Positions 31,280 to 43,857 of a stretch of 64,000 nucleotides of DNA are shown here, piece by piece (the stretch's first letter is position 1; every line of letters begins with the position of its first letter). The notes beneath the pieces are model-generated. The model was not told the DNA's origin and ran no database searches. It was given only the letters and a program-made list of their open reading frames with translations. A program made the translations under genes and the position numbers. This DNA is from the human T2T-CHM13v2.0 reference genome, Homo sapiens: the NCBI RefSeq assembly GCF_009914755.1, contig NC_060941.1; one strand, given 5' to 3'.

Positions 31280-32030
31280 ACTCATTCATCTAACAAATAT
31301 TTTTTGTGCTAAGCAATACGCCAAGGGCTTAGATACAATGGTGATCAACATAACTATGGTCTGTGTTCCTCCAGACAGCCCAGTAGGGGATGCAGACAAG
31401 TAAAAGGAAAATGTAACAAAGGAGCTATTAGAGGAAATGCAGGGAGATATATTACAGTACAAATGAAAGGCAGTTAACCCAGACCTCAAGGACCGAGAAG
31501 GTGATCCCAGAAGTAACATCTAAGTTGAAAACTAAAGAATGGGTAGGAATTATTGAGGCGATGGGGTGGAGGAGGAGGAGTGGGAAAGAGTAGTGTGCCA
31601 CATGGAGATCTCAGCAGGAACAGAGGCTGAGAGGCTTCAGAAAGAAAAAAGCATGTTTAAAGGATGGAAAGAAGTTCAGTAAGCCTGGAGCACAAGGCAC
31701 AGAAAGGACAGTAACAGTAAAGGAAAGGAAAACTAGAGAAAAGAGAGGAGAATTAATTGCTGATGATGCAACGGCCTTCCAAGTCATGTTAAGAAGTTCT
31801 GGCTACAGCATGGAAGTCTTAAGACTGGAGCTATGGAGACCAGTTAAGAGACAGCTGCGTCCATGGGATGCTTGATAGAAACCTACACTAGAGCATGGTG
31901 GTAGTCACACTCAAAAGATATTTAGGAGACTCAATTGACCTCATCTGGTGATTGATCAGATGGGAGTGGAGATGGTGAGGACAGACATGAATCAAGAATA
32001 ACTAGATTTCTGCCATGGGCATTAGGTGGA
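31280..32030 (-). mobile_element. L2 LINE remnant
   Basis: 'ctcattcatctaacaaatattt...' L2 tail and purine-rich antisense L2 body; boundaries approximate. Confidence 0.55.
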
Positions 32031-32139
32031 AGGTTTAATACAAACTAGCTTTCACATGTTGGTAACTTTCTCGAGGCAGCAACACTTTTTAGAAAAGTGA
32101 CCTGCCAGAGTTCAGGTCAGCCATCTAAAAAACACTTCT

Positions 32140-32462
<323 letters not shown>

Positions 32463-35174
32463 CTAAATTTATCCCTTCTTTTTTTCCTACTGCACTTATA
32501 AATAAGAGTAAATGCTCAATGAATTTGTAAGCACAGAAACCATATAAATGACCTTATAAAACGGTGTGAGAGGAAGAAGGATAATGAAGGTCCTCCTTAA
32601 TCAGAGTAGCCATTTGTTGGCTGTTAAAAGAAGAGACATATAATTTGGAGTAATGAAAGCAAGAGAAAGAATTAGCAGACTGTTTTAAATGAAAACATGT
32701 CTCTTCTAAGCACGATGCATTACAAATAAGACAAATTAATCATTGTTGAAAATTTAAATATTCACACTGGAATTGCTGTATCATCTATTAGAAGTTGCCT
32801 AGAATAATGCTAATTGCAATTACAGATAAACTCCAAACTTTCAGTGGCTTTACACAAGAAGTTGATTTATTACCCATACATTAGTCCAATACAAACGTTT
32901 CTGTGGGGAGGGAGTAGGCCTTTGCTCCATGCAACTGTTCAGTGACATGTCCGACAAAAACGCTTCCATCTTCAACACATGACTTCAAGTTACGCTGCGC
33001 ATCAACAGCCAGCCAACAAAAGTGGCAGAGAATGGAGAATCACTTGCGGGAGGCTTTTATGAGTTAGACCTAGAAGTGTCTAGACCTCAGAAATTCCACC
33101 AATGAGTACTCTGTCACATGACACGTAACTGCAAGGGAGGATGTGCCTCCAAAGAACAGGAAACACATTTTGCTGAATAATTAGCAGTCTGTTATGGATG
33201 GTAAAATACTGAAGACAAGATATATGACTTACTCACCTTTGCAGAGCTTAACAATATCTTGAAGAAAATAGGCGCTCAAGGCTCAAATATAATTCTGTTG
33301 AAAAAATACTTAATGAAAAAATTATCTCATAAGAGATCCATTTTGCTACATAAACTACTGCTAAAATACATAAACTGTAGGAAAAAAGATTTTCCGGCTC
33401 TTGACTTATAGAAGTTGCCCATTTCAACCTGGATTTTCCTTATTTACCAGGAAGACACCAAAAATATTGTGGTAGAAGAAATCATTCCAAACTTGTGGCT
33501 CAAGAATTGTGAGAACTATCTCTAAAGTATGGAAAAATATCAATGATAATGACTTAAATATTTTAAATTTTCATGTTAGTTCTTATTCTCTTAACTTTTT
33601 TAAAAGCATAGTTATTATGCTTAAGTCCAATCCTGGTCAGGCAGCCCTCTTCCCTCTCGTAGATTTGCCAATGAGAACAGGAGGCCTAAAGAGCACACGC
33701 TTTGGCAAAAGAAACAAACAAGAAAGCATGCTGGCTCTGAATTCCCTTGGCCTCAAAGTGACACATCACTCTGTGCAGAGTTCATTGGCCAATACCACAG
33801 GTTAGTCCTGTGGTCCCCACCTAACTGCAAGCTAGGTAGGAAATGTTGAGAAGGACAAGGTAAGTGATTACCGTCTCTGCCACACCTGTATAGACCACAA
33901 GCCCCAGTTTCTAGGTACATTTTCCTATGTAAATTTCGGGGTTGTATTCTCTCATACAAATTAGTTTCTTGTAAGTTTGTTTACTAGTATCAATAACTGA
34001 GAATCAAGAGGATAAAATTAAACTTCTGGGCTTATAAACAAATCCTTTATCCATGGTAACCTAGTAGCAACTAACTGATCTGAAAACCAGTGGGAAGTAG
34101 CCAGTTGATTCTTCTCAATATCTCTCAGCTACAATATCCTAAACAAGGAATCCATTCATCTATCAGTCAATAAATATTTATTGAGAATGTCTGTGGGTCT
34201 AGTGTGATGTTTAACACTGCATTAAGCGTCTGGGAGTGAAAAGGGCACATTTGGTTCCTGCCCTGATCAAACTTAGAGTCAAGTGAGGAACACAGTTTTA
34301 AAAAATTATCAACAATCATATTATTACAATCCAGACAAACAAGAGATATAGGAAGAGGTCACAGTGCTAACACTGTATTAAACATGAGACCTGACCAGGT
34401 TAGGAAAGGCTTCACTGAGACAAACGCAGGGCCCAGAAGGATACATAAGGGTTAGGCAGCTAAAGAGAGAAGGTTAATGTCCTAGACCAAGGGAAAGGTT
34501 GGAAACTTAGTCCAATGTTATTTACTTTTCGTCTTAAACTTTGAAATCATTTTAATAATTATTTTGGTTTCTCTCCACCTGATTGCTGTAGTACTATTAA
34601 AACTGAATTTTAAATAATTCTGTTTGATTCTAAACAGTCAAGTTTGCAATAGATTGCCATGTTTTAACAATATCTTCAAATTCTAGGCAAGGGAAAAAAC
34701 ATTTGCATATAATTTTTCTCTAAACATATTTATACTATGTATTTACAATTAGTAAATCCTGAGTTACTTCATTGTTTTTATATTAAGTGGTCTAAATCTA
34801 ATAAATGGATGCACTCACCTCAACTGCAGATATTATGAAAAATTCCTGGATGTAGCATAAGTATGAGTTTAAAATTCAACATCAAAACCTTAATCCATTT
34901 TCATCACACACACAGGATTTAGTCTTTCTTCCAATATAATACAGTCCCTTTTTGAATTTTTTTAAATAATAAAAAAATTAGTGTTTTTAACTAAAGAAAA
35001 AGATGACAAGCGGTAAGAAATGCCACAGAATAAAAAGTTTTTGGTGAGGAAAAATTATGTAACTTAGGCAAGTAACTACTTGTACCTCAAATTTCTATTT
35101 AATGAGGTACTAGATGTATTGCTATAAATAAAATAAAAATAGTAATTATCTGCTAGCTACTTCACAGTGATTTT

Positions 35175-35365
<191 letters not shown>

Positions 35366-35920
35366 TGAAGACTGAAGACTGAAGACTGAAGCTTCTTTAT
35401 GTTGCTGAGTAACAGGAAAACAACAACCAGATTATTTAATGGTTTAGCAACAAAAAACTTGGAACAAGAACATATTTGTACCTCTCTTAATTACAGTAAT
35501 AAAATGCATATACATTCTATGCCTTTTGAAGGTAATATTTTACACTCATAAAATGACTGCAGTTTAAAAACTGGTTTTGTCAGCTAAACACAGGAGTTAC
35601 CATTTTCAAGGAAAGTAATCCTTCCCAGCTATAAAAGCCTATACATTTATGACTTGTTTTCAGTTCAAAAACTCAAAATTAACCAAAATAAAAGGATCCA
35701 GTAGAGGTTGATGTTCCTCTTTCTTTGCTTTTTCTCTAAACTGTTTTCAAGTAGTATAGTAATAGCCAACACTCACTGAGCGTTACCATGCCAGGCACTG
35801 AGCTAAGTGGTTTACGTGCATTATCACATTTAATCTTCACAACAACCCTATATGGTATGCACTTTTAAAGAAATATCTTACTTTCCAGATAAAGAAATGG
35901 AGACTTTAAGAGGTAGTAGG

Positions 35921-36599
<679 letters not shown>

Positions 36600-36719
36600 T
36601 CAAAAAAATGGGGCTTGCAAGTTCCCATTCTTCTTTTCTAGAAGAGCTGCTGAGAGAGAGACCAATGGGGGAAATAAAGTGAAAGCCTCACTCTTCTCTA
36701 GCCTAAGTTTTAGAGTCCA

Positions 36720-36900
36720 GTGAAGCATTGCAGCATAGGCTTTGTAGTCAGAAAACCCTGAGATCAAATCCTGGTTCTACCACTTGCTATAGCGATCTTG
36801 GGCAAGGGGTCAGATCTCTCTAAGCCTGTTTCCTCATCTGTAAGGAAGGGTATTATATCACATAAGGTTACTGTGAGGACTAAATTAGACTAAGTATGCA
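36720..36900 (+). mobile_element. MIR SINE
   Basis: 'aatcctggttctaccacttgcta..gatcttgggcaag..tttcctcatctgtaa'. Confidence 0.7.
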
Positions 36901-37926
36901 ATAGGATACCAGGGTCCAGTTTTCTTTGGATGTAATGGGCCTGGAAAATTCCTTAAAATCCTTTTCACCTACAAAATCTTATGAAGTTCTGCCTCATTTT
37001 CTGCTTAAAAACTTTAAAAAATTAATAGAAATAAAAGAGAATTCTACTAGAGAGATAGGTTGACGTTACTTCTTCCTTGCTTTTTCCTTAAAGTGGAATG
37101 TTAAAAACTAGGATATGCCTGGAAAGTGTTCTATCTACAAAAAAGGAAGTTAGCAGCCGCTGAAAAGTAACTACAGATGGCTATTCACTTTACTCTGAAA
37201 GCATTTGCTGTTGATATAATCACACCACAGGAAAACATCATAATGTTGGCTGAAAGAAATCTGAAATGACACAGCAATAATGCTTCATCATGTAGAAGTT
37301 GGTTTCAAGTTTTTTTTTTTTTTTCGGTCTGGATAGTGTGATTGCAAGAAGGGAGGCTATGCTAGCTTGGTTATAAGCAGGGAAGTTGGCTGTGAGGAGA
37401 TAAACAGAGATCTCACAGGAATTCTGGGGTACAAATCACTGGACCGGAACTGAAGGGCTATCTCCCAGCTTCTGTTTCTGCCTTTTCATTCAGTCCATTC
37501 CCCTCCGTTTACTCAACAGTTCCCTCTGCTTTGGTGGCAGTTTCTGCTCCTTCTCAAGGCTGACTTGCACATGGCTCTGACTTGCTGTGGCCTCCTCTCC
37601 ATCATTCTCTGCATCAGGTGCTTTCAACCTTGATTTTATTGTTTATATATACTTATGAACTTTTCTGCAGGGAATGTCCATACTTTCATCAGATGCTTCA
37701 GGAAAGCAATGACCCCAAAAAGGAATAAAAACCACTGTTCTATCTCATGACACTCTACCTTTAGTTTCTACTAGTAACTCTTTTAGTTATTCAGTTTCTT
37801 AATTCCAAATTCCTACCAGAATAATAATAATGGCTACCATTTATGAAGCTTTGAGTATGAGCCAGATACTGTTCTAAGGACTTAACTATTTTTAATTCTC
37901 AAAACCACATTATATAGGATCTAATA

Positions 37927-38102
37927 TTACAGAGAAGGAAACTGAGGCATAGTGAACTTTGGGTAACCTGCTTAAGGTTACACAACTAGCAAGTGGCTAA
38001 GTCGGAATTTCAATCTAGACAACATGCATAGTACTTAAAACTGACTGAGTTAAACTTTGCAAATCAAGCCACAGGTTGTTGGTAAGCCCACAGGTTGGTC
38101 AT
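37927..38102 (+). repeat. First copy (probable donor) of 175-bp local duplication
   Basis: Direct repeat of 41489-41662; overlaps the end of an antisense MIR and runs into flanking sequence. Confidence 0.95.
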
Positions 38103-38219
38103 CTTTGGATTATGTCTCATTCCAGATGTGGCAAGAGGGAGAGACGGGAGACAGGAATCAAGTGGTTCAAAACATGGTCACTGTTCAGTAAGGCCATAGA
38201 AGGGTAGTTTCTCTTTTAA

Positions 38220-38950
38220 AAAGTGAGAACAAGGATGCACAGAAATGGGAACTCTTGCACACTGTTGGTGGGAATGTAAACTGGTACAGCCATTATGGAA
38301 AACAGTATGTAGGTTCCTCAAAAAATTAAAAATAGAGCTACCATATGACCCAGCAATCCCACTTCTGGGTATATGTTCAAAGGAAAGAAAATCACCATCT
38401 TGAAGACAGATCTTCACCCCATGTTCACTGCAGCATATTCACATTAGTCTCAAGATACGAAAGAATCAAAGTGTCTGTTGACAAATGGATGGATAAAGAA
38501 AATGTGATATACACACATACACAGAAAATGGAATACTATTCAGTTTTAAAAAGCAAATCCTGCCATTTGTGACATGAATGATTAATGAACCTGGAGGATA
38601 TTATGCTAAGTGAAATAAGCCAGACACAGAAAGACAAATACTACATGATTTCACTTACAATATGGAATCTAAAAAGTTGAACTCAAGGAAAAAGAAAGAA
38701 TGGTTGTTATGAGGTCATAACCTCATACGATTATGACCATATGAGGGCATATATGGTCAAGGGATGGCGGACATGGAGAGATATTGGTCAAAGGGTAGAA
38801 ACTTTCAGTTATAGAAAAATATTCTCACCATAAACACACAAAAGAGTAACTATATAAGGTGATGACTACGTTAATTAGCTTGACTGTGGTAATAATTACA
38901 CAATGTATACCTATATCAAAACATCACATTGTATACTTTAAGTATATATA
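38220..38950 (+). mobile_element. L1 (L1MA-like) 3' end
   Basis: 'actgttggtgggaatgtaaactggtacagcc', 'gacccagcaatcccacttctggg', L1MA-type 3' UTR. Confidence 0.88.
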
Positions 38951-39325
38951 TTTTTTCTGTTCATTCTTCCTACTTTTTCTTTAACTTTTATTTTAAGTTA
39001 AGGGGGTACATATGCAGGTTTGTTATATAGGTAAACTTTTGTGTTGGAGGTATGTTGTACAGATTATTTCATCACTCAGGTATTAAGCCTTGTACCCATT
39101 AGTTATTTTTCCTGATCCTCTCCCTCCTCTCACCTTCCACCCGCTGATAGGCCTCAGTGTGTGTTCCCCTCTGTGTGTCCATGTGTTCTCATCATTTAGC
39201 TCCCACTTATAAGTAAGAGCATGCAGTATTTGGTTTTCTGTTCCTGTGTTAGTCTGCTAAGGATAATGGCCTCCAGCTCCATCCATGGCCCTGCAAGGGA
39301 CATGATCTCATTCTTTTTTATGACT
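38951..39325 (-). mobile_element. L1PA (older) 3' end inserted in the L1MA tail
   Basis: Antisense L1PA 3' UTR; AAGTATATATA on both flanks. Confidence 0.85.
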
Positions 39326-39636
39326 GGATGCAAGTATATATAATTTTTGTTTGTCAATAAAACCTCCATTAAGCTGGGGGGAAAATGATGTAGGTGGTGG
39401 GCAGGAATAATTAGTCATTCATATCTCTAATATAACTATCACTTTCATTGTTTAACTTGTGGGAATATTCTTAAATCAACAAACTAAAATAAAGAAATGA
39501 ATGAATACATATGTACATAAAATTTAATTTAGTTTTAGGAATTACAAATAAGGATGAAGTAATCCTTATTGTAGAGAAATAAGAGATGGCCAAGTGCCCT
39601 ACAACTGCCAACCTTTGTCAGCTGAAGATAAGTAAA

Positions 39637-39637
<1 letters not shown>

Positions 39638-39670
<33 letters not shown>
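39638..39670. repeat. (CA)n microsatellite
   Basis: About 16 uninterrupted CA units. Confidence 0.95.
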
Positions 39671-39672
<2 letters not shown>

Positions 39673-40815
39673 CTTTGACTGGAACTTCTCTATGGATCCA
39701 GGGAGATCTAGTCCTATATTTGAACTGAATTTCCATGGACAGATCTAAATTCAAACTACCAAATTCAAACTCGTCCATACTAGGGACTGGGGGGAAAAGT
39801 TTTTTCAGGGAAAAACTCCTTTTACTTATAAGCATAGGATTTTTGTTCAAAAAGTGAAAGAAAGAGACAAAATATGAATGCAGGGATTAGGTTGTGGACA
39901 TCCTTTGGGGGTGATGGTGGGGCATAATGCTGCCAACCACAGGCAGCATTTTAAAATTAGTGGTTTTTAGGAAACAATAGGTGCTGGAGAGGATGTGGAG
40001 AAATAGGAACACTTTTACACTGTTGATGGGACTGTAAACTAGTTCAACCATTGTGGAAGTCAGTGTGGCCATTCCTCAGGGATCTAGAACTAGAAATACC
40101 ATTTGACCCAGCCATCCCATTACTGGGTATATACCAAAAGGATTATAAATCATGCTGCTATAAAGACACATGCACACATATGTTTATTGTGGCACTATTC
40201 ACAATAGCAAAGACTTGGAACCAACCCAAATGTCCAACGATAGACTGGATTAAGAAAATGTGGCACATATACATCATGGAATACCATGCAGCCATAAAAA
40301 AGGATGAGTTCATGTCCTTTGTAGGGACATGGATGAAGCTGGAAACCATCATTCTCAGCAAACTATCGCAAGGACAGAAAACCAAACACCGCATGTTCTC
40401 ACTCATAGGTGGGAATTGAACAATGAGAACACTTGGACACAGGAAGGGGAACATCACACACTGGGGCCTGTTGTGGGGTAGGGGGAGGGGGGAGGGATAA
40501 CGCGTCCAGCGCCGTCCGTCCGTTCGTCTTCCTCCCTCCCGGCCTCTCCCGCCGACCACGGGCAGTGGTGGGGGGCGGGGGGCGCGCGTCCCCGGTCGGC
40601 GCGCCGCTTCTTCGGTTCCCGCCTCCTCCCCGTTCACTGCCGGGGCGGCTCGGGACGGGGCCCGGGGAGCGTGGGTGGGAACCGCGGAGGCGGCCGCGCC
40701 GAGCCGGGCCCGTGGCCCGCCGGCCCCCGTCCCGGGGGGTGGCCGCGCGGGCCCCGGTGGGGCGGCCACCCGGGGTTCCGGCCCTCGCGCGTCCTTCCTC
40801 CTCTTTCCTCCGCAC

Positions 40816-40826
40816 GGGTCGACCAG
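40816..40826 (+). terminator. Sal box (TTF-I binding Pol I terminator, T1-equivalent)
   Basis: Exact GGGTCGACCAG, preceded by the pyrimidine tract typical of the human terminator. Confidence 0.85.
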
Positions 40827-40920
40827 CAGACCGCGGGTGGCGGGCAGCAGGCGGCGAGGCCCGGGGCGTCCCCGCACCCGGCCGACCTCCGCTCGCGACC
40901 GCTCCTCAGTCGGGCCTCCG

Positions 40921-40931
40921 GGGTCGACCGG
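40921..40931 (+). terminator. Second, variant Sal box (T2-equivalent)
   Basis: GGGTCGACCGG, 105 bp downstream of the first. Confidence 0.7.
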
Positions 40932-41488
40932 CTGCCGCCCGCGGGCGTGAGACTCAGCCGGCGTCTCGCATACCTAATGTAAATGACGAGTTAAGGGGTG
41001 CAGCACACCAACATGGCACATGTATACATATGTAACAAACCTGCACGTTGTGCACATGTACCCTAAAACTTAAAGTATAATAAAAATAAATAAATAAAAT
41101 TAGTGGTTTTAACCATGACTTTTACTTGGTCTGGTAAAATTATCATGGTAAATATTCTTGTTTTATTTCCCACATTCAGGAAGGGGTGATCATGTGACCT
41201 AGTTCTGGACAATGAGATGTAAGTTGAGGGTTTCTAGTAAAGTTTTGCTTCCTCAGTATAGGCACCCCTTTTCCTCGTTTTCTTTCTGTCTAGAATGCTG
41301 ATGAGAGGTTGGAGGTGGAGTAACTATCATATGACCACAAGACAAGCATGAGCACAAAAGTCACAAGCCAAGGATAGACTGAGTGAGCACCCAGGGTCAG
41401 GGCACTGATGACACTACGCAGCTACAAGATCAGCCCAACTACTAACCTCTGCAGCATTCATTTTATATACATATATATATAAAATATT

Positions 41489-41662
41489 TTACAGAGAAGG
41501 AAACTGAGGCATAGTGAACTTTGGGTAACTTGCCTAAGGTTACACAACTAGCAAGTGGCTAAGTCTGAATTTCAATCTAGACAACATGCATATAGTGCTT
41601 AAAACTGAGTTAAACTTTGCAAATCAAGCCACTGGTTGTTGGTAAGCCCACAGGTTGGTCAT
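41489..41662 (+). repeat. Second copy of 175-bp local duplication, within TA tract
   Basis: Matches 37927-38102 with about 7 differences; flanked by ATATATAT on both sides. Confidence 0.95.
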
Positions 41663-41885
41663 ATATATCCCCAATTTGGCGAAATACACCTAGGAAAACT
41701 GATAATAGTAATATAAGTAATTAAAAATTGAGTGATCAAAGGGAGAGAGGGAATGTAAAGTTATAGTTATAAAAGTAACTACTAGGAAAAAACCTAATTT
41801 TAGATGTTCAAATTATCAAAAGGAAAACATAAAGCCAGGCAACACAAACACTGAACATCATGCAAAAACTATTTAAGAAGTACTA

Positions 41886-42186
41886 GGCTGGGTACGGTGG
41901 CTCATGCCTGTAATCCCAGCACTTTGGGAGGCTGAGGCGGGTGGATCAAGAGGTCAGGGGATCGAGACCATCCTGGCTAACATGGTGAAACCCTGTCTCT
42001 ACTAAAAATATAAAAAATTAGCGGGGCGTGGTGGTGGGCACCTGTAGTCCCGGCTACTCAGGAGGCTGAGGCATGAGAATGGTGTGAACCCGGGAGGTGG
42101 AGCTTGCAGTGAGCCGAGATCAGGCCACTGCATTCCAGCCTGGGCGATAGAGCAAGACTCCGTCTCAAAAAAAAAAAAAAAAAAAA
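41886..42186 (+). mobile_element. AluY
   Basis: Full Alu, TSD AAGAAGTACTA. Confidence 0.95.
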
Positions 42187-43361
42187 GAAGTACTAAAGGC
42201 AGAAAAATTACATAAAGTAAAACAGAACTGAGACCAAACATATCTGTCATGTCAATAAATTGTCATATAAAACCATTAAAAGCAAGACTCTCAGAATGAT
42301 CACAAAGTAGAATCAAATTATATGCTGAACACAAGAGATTCATTTGGAACAAAACAACCCTGAAAGTTGGTAATAATTCTCCCAAAATTTAACTTATAAA
42401 TTCAAAGCAACTGCACTCAATAGACTAATAAACTTTCATTTAGGAACTCGAAAAGTTGGCTTTAAAGTTCAATTTTTGCAAAATAAAGAACAGTAAAGAG
42501 ATATTTGTCCTTTCACACAGCAAAGCATAGCATAATGGGTCAGCTATCCTAGTTATAGTACCCATAAAACTAACAGCTTACTGTTTGTCCAGAGTTTGGG
42601 GTTCTGTGCCAGGCACGTCCCCCAAATACTTTACACATAGTATCTCATTTAATCCTCACAACCCTGTTAAGGAGCAAATAATTACCCCTATTTGACAGAT
42701 GACAAAATTAGGATTGAAGAAGACTGCATTACTGTCTGAGGTCCCCCGGCTTAGTAAGTGATGGCTCAGAATTGACCCAGGACCTCTTTCTTTGGAGCTG
42801 GTGCTCTGGTCTAACTTTCCATTTCTAGTAAATAGAAAACAAACCATATACAGAACATTATTATGGCATACTCTCATTATTATTTAATTTGAATGTATGT
42901 ATGGGTATGCACAATTTCTCTCCCTTGCCTTCTCCCGCTCTTCCTCCCTCCCTCCTCTTATAGTAGCTGGCTGTCCAAATGCTTGCATGTCCTGGAAGGA
43001 GACACACTAAACTGCAATGTTTACTTTTGTGGAGTAGAATTCGTGGAGGAGAGGAAAGGGAGGAAATTTCATGTTTTACTTCATTTACTTCTGATTGTTT
43101 GACTGTTACTTGCATGTTTTTCTTTAGTAATGAAAAAATAAGGATAAAAAAGTAAGCTAAATTAAAAGTGATGAAAATATTAAAGAATAGCAGCATATCT
43201 TTGTTATCTCAACTGTGGCCTTTTGAAAATGTGATATTAGAAATAGTCGTTGAGCTTGTTTGGGTGTACAACATTTTCAAACTGAAATTAAGTACTACTA
43301 CAACAAAAATTTCCATAATACATTACTTTATAAACACAGGGTATTTATTATTTCAGGATGA

Positions 43362-43694
43362 TTTTTCATTTCTTTTTCTTTTTTCTTTATCTTATTTTAT
43401 TTTATTTTTTTGACACAGTGTTTTGCTCCAATGTCTAGGCTGGAGTACAGTGGTGTGATCACAGCTCACTGCAGCCTTAACTTCCCAGGATCAAATGATT
43501 CTCCCACCTCAGTCTCCTGAATAGCTGGGACTACAGGTATGTGCCACCACGCCTGGCTAATTTTTGTATTTTTTTGTAAAGGCAGGGTTTCACCATGTTG
43601 CCCAGGCTGATCTCAAAATCTTGGGCTCAGGCGATCCATCCACCTTCGCCTCTCAAATTGCTGGGATTACAGGTGTGCACCACTGCACCCGGCC
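43362..43694 (-). mobile_element. Alu (AluJ-like)
   Basis: Antisense Alu. Confidence 0.9.
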
Positions 43695-43857
43695 CAATTT
43701 TTCTTTAAGCAAGGTCACATGCTCATATGCGCAGAGTTTTAAAACTATTGATAGTTTTAATTGATGGGCATGACAGAAGTCGAATGCTGCTTCCTTAACA
43801 GAATACTCATTTCACAAGTGATATATGATATTAAAATGCTATAAAAATGTTTACCAT

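Larger units (their letters stand above)
40501..40969 (+). pseudogene. Ectopic ribosomal DNA fragment: 45S/47S 3' ETS plus start of intergenic spacer
   Basis: Collinear with recalled human rDNA downstream of 28S ('gttcgtcttcctccctcccggcctctcccgccgacc', 'gcttcttcggttcccgcctcctccccgttcac', 'cgcacgggtcgaccagcagaccgcggg', 'gggcgtgagactcagccggcgtctcgc'); about 79 CpG in 469 bp. Confidence 0.92.
39968..41095 (+). mobile_element. 5'-truncated L1PA (L1PA4-like) carrying an internal rDNA insert
   Basis: ORF2 C-terminus (ORF 40051..40419 ending 'KHRMFSLIGGN'), 3' UTR, A-rich tail; 15-bp TSD AAAATTAGTGGTTTT at 39953-39967 and 41096-41110 at a TTTT/AAAA site. Confidence 0.95.

Noticed and set aside
40051-40419. 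122-aa ORF
   Set aside because: L1 ORF2 C-terminal remnant in a 5'-truncated element.
40501-40969. Interpretation as a gene promoter CpG island, an SVA VNTR or a functional rRNA gene
   Set aside because: It interrupts an L1 within a single TSD, has Sal boxes, lacks SVA tandem units and contains no 18S/5.8S/28S sequence.
40158-41035. Overlapping long ORFs (239, 200, 138, 103, 91 aa) rich in R/G/P/A
   Set aside because: Stop-codon scarcity in very GC-rich rDNA spacer fused to L1 sequence; no protein-family signal.
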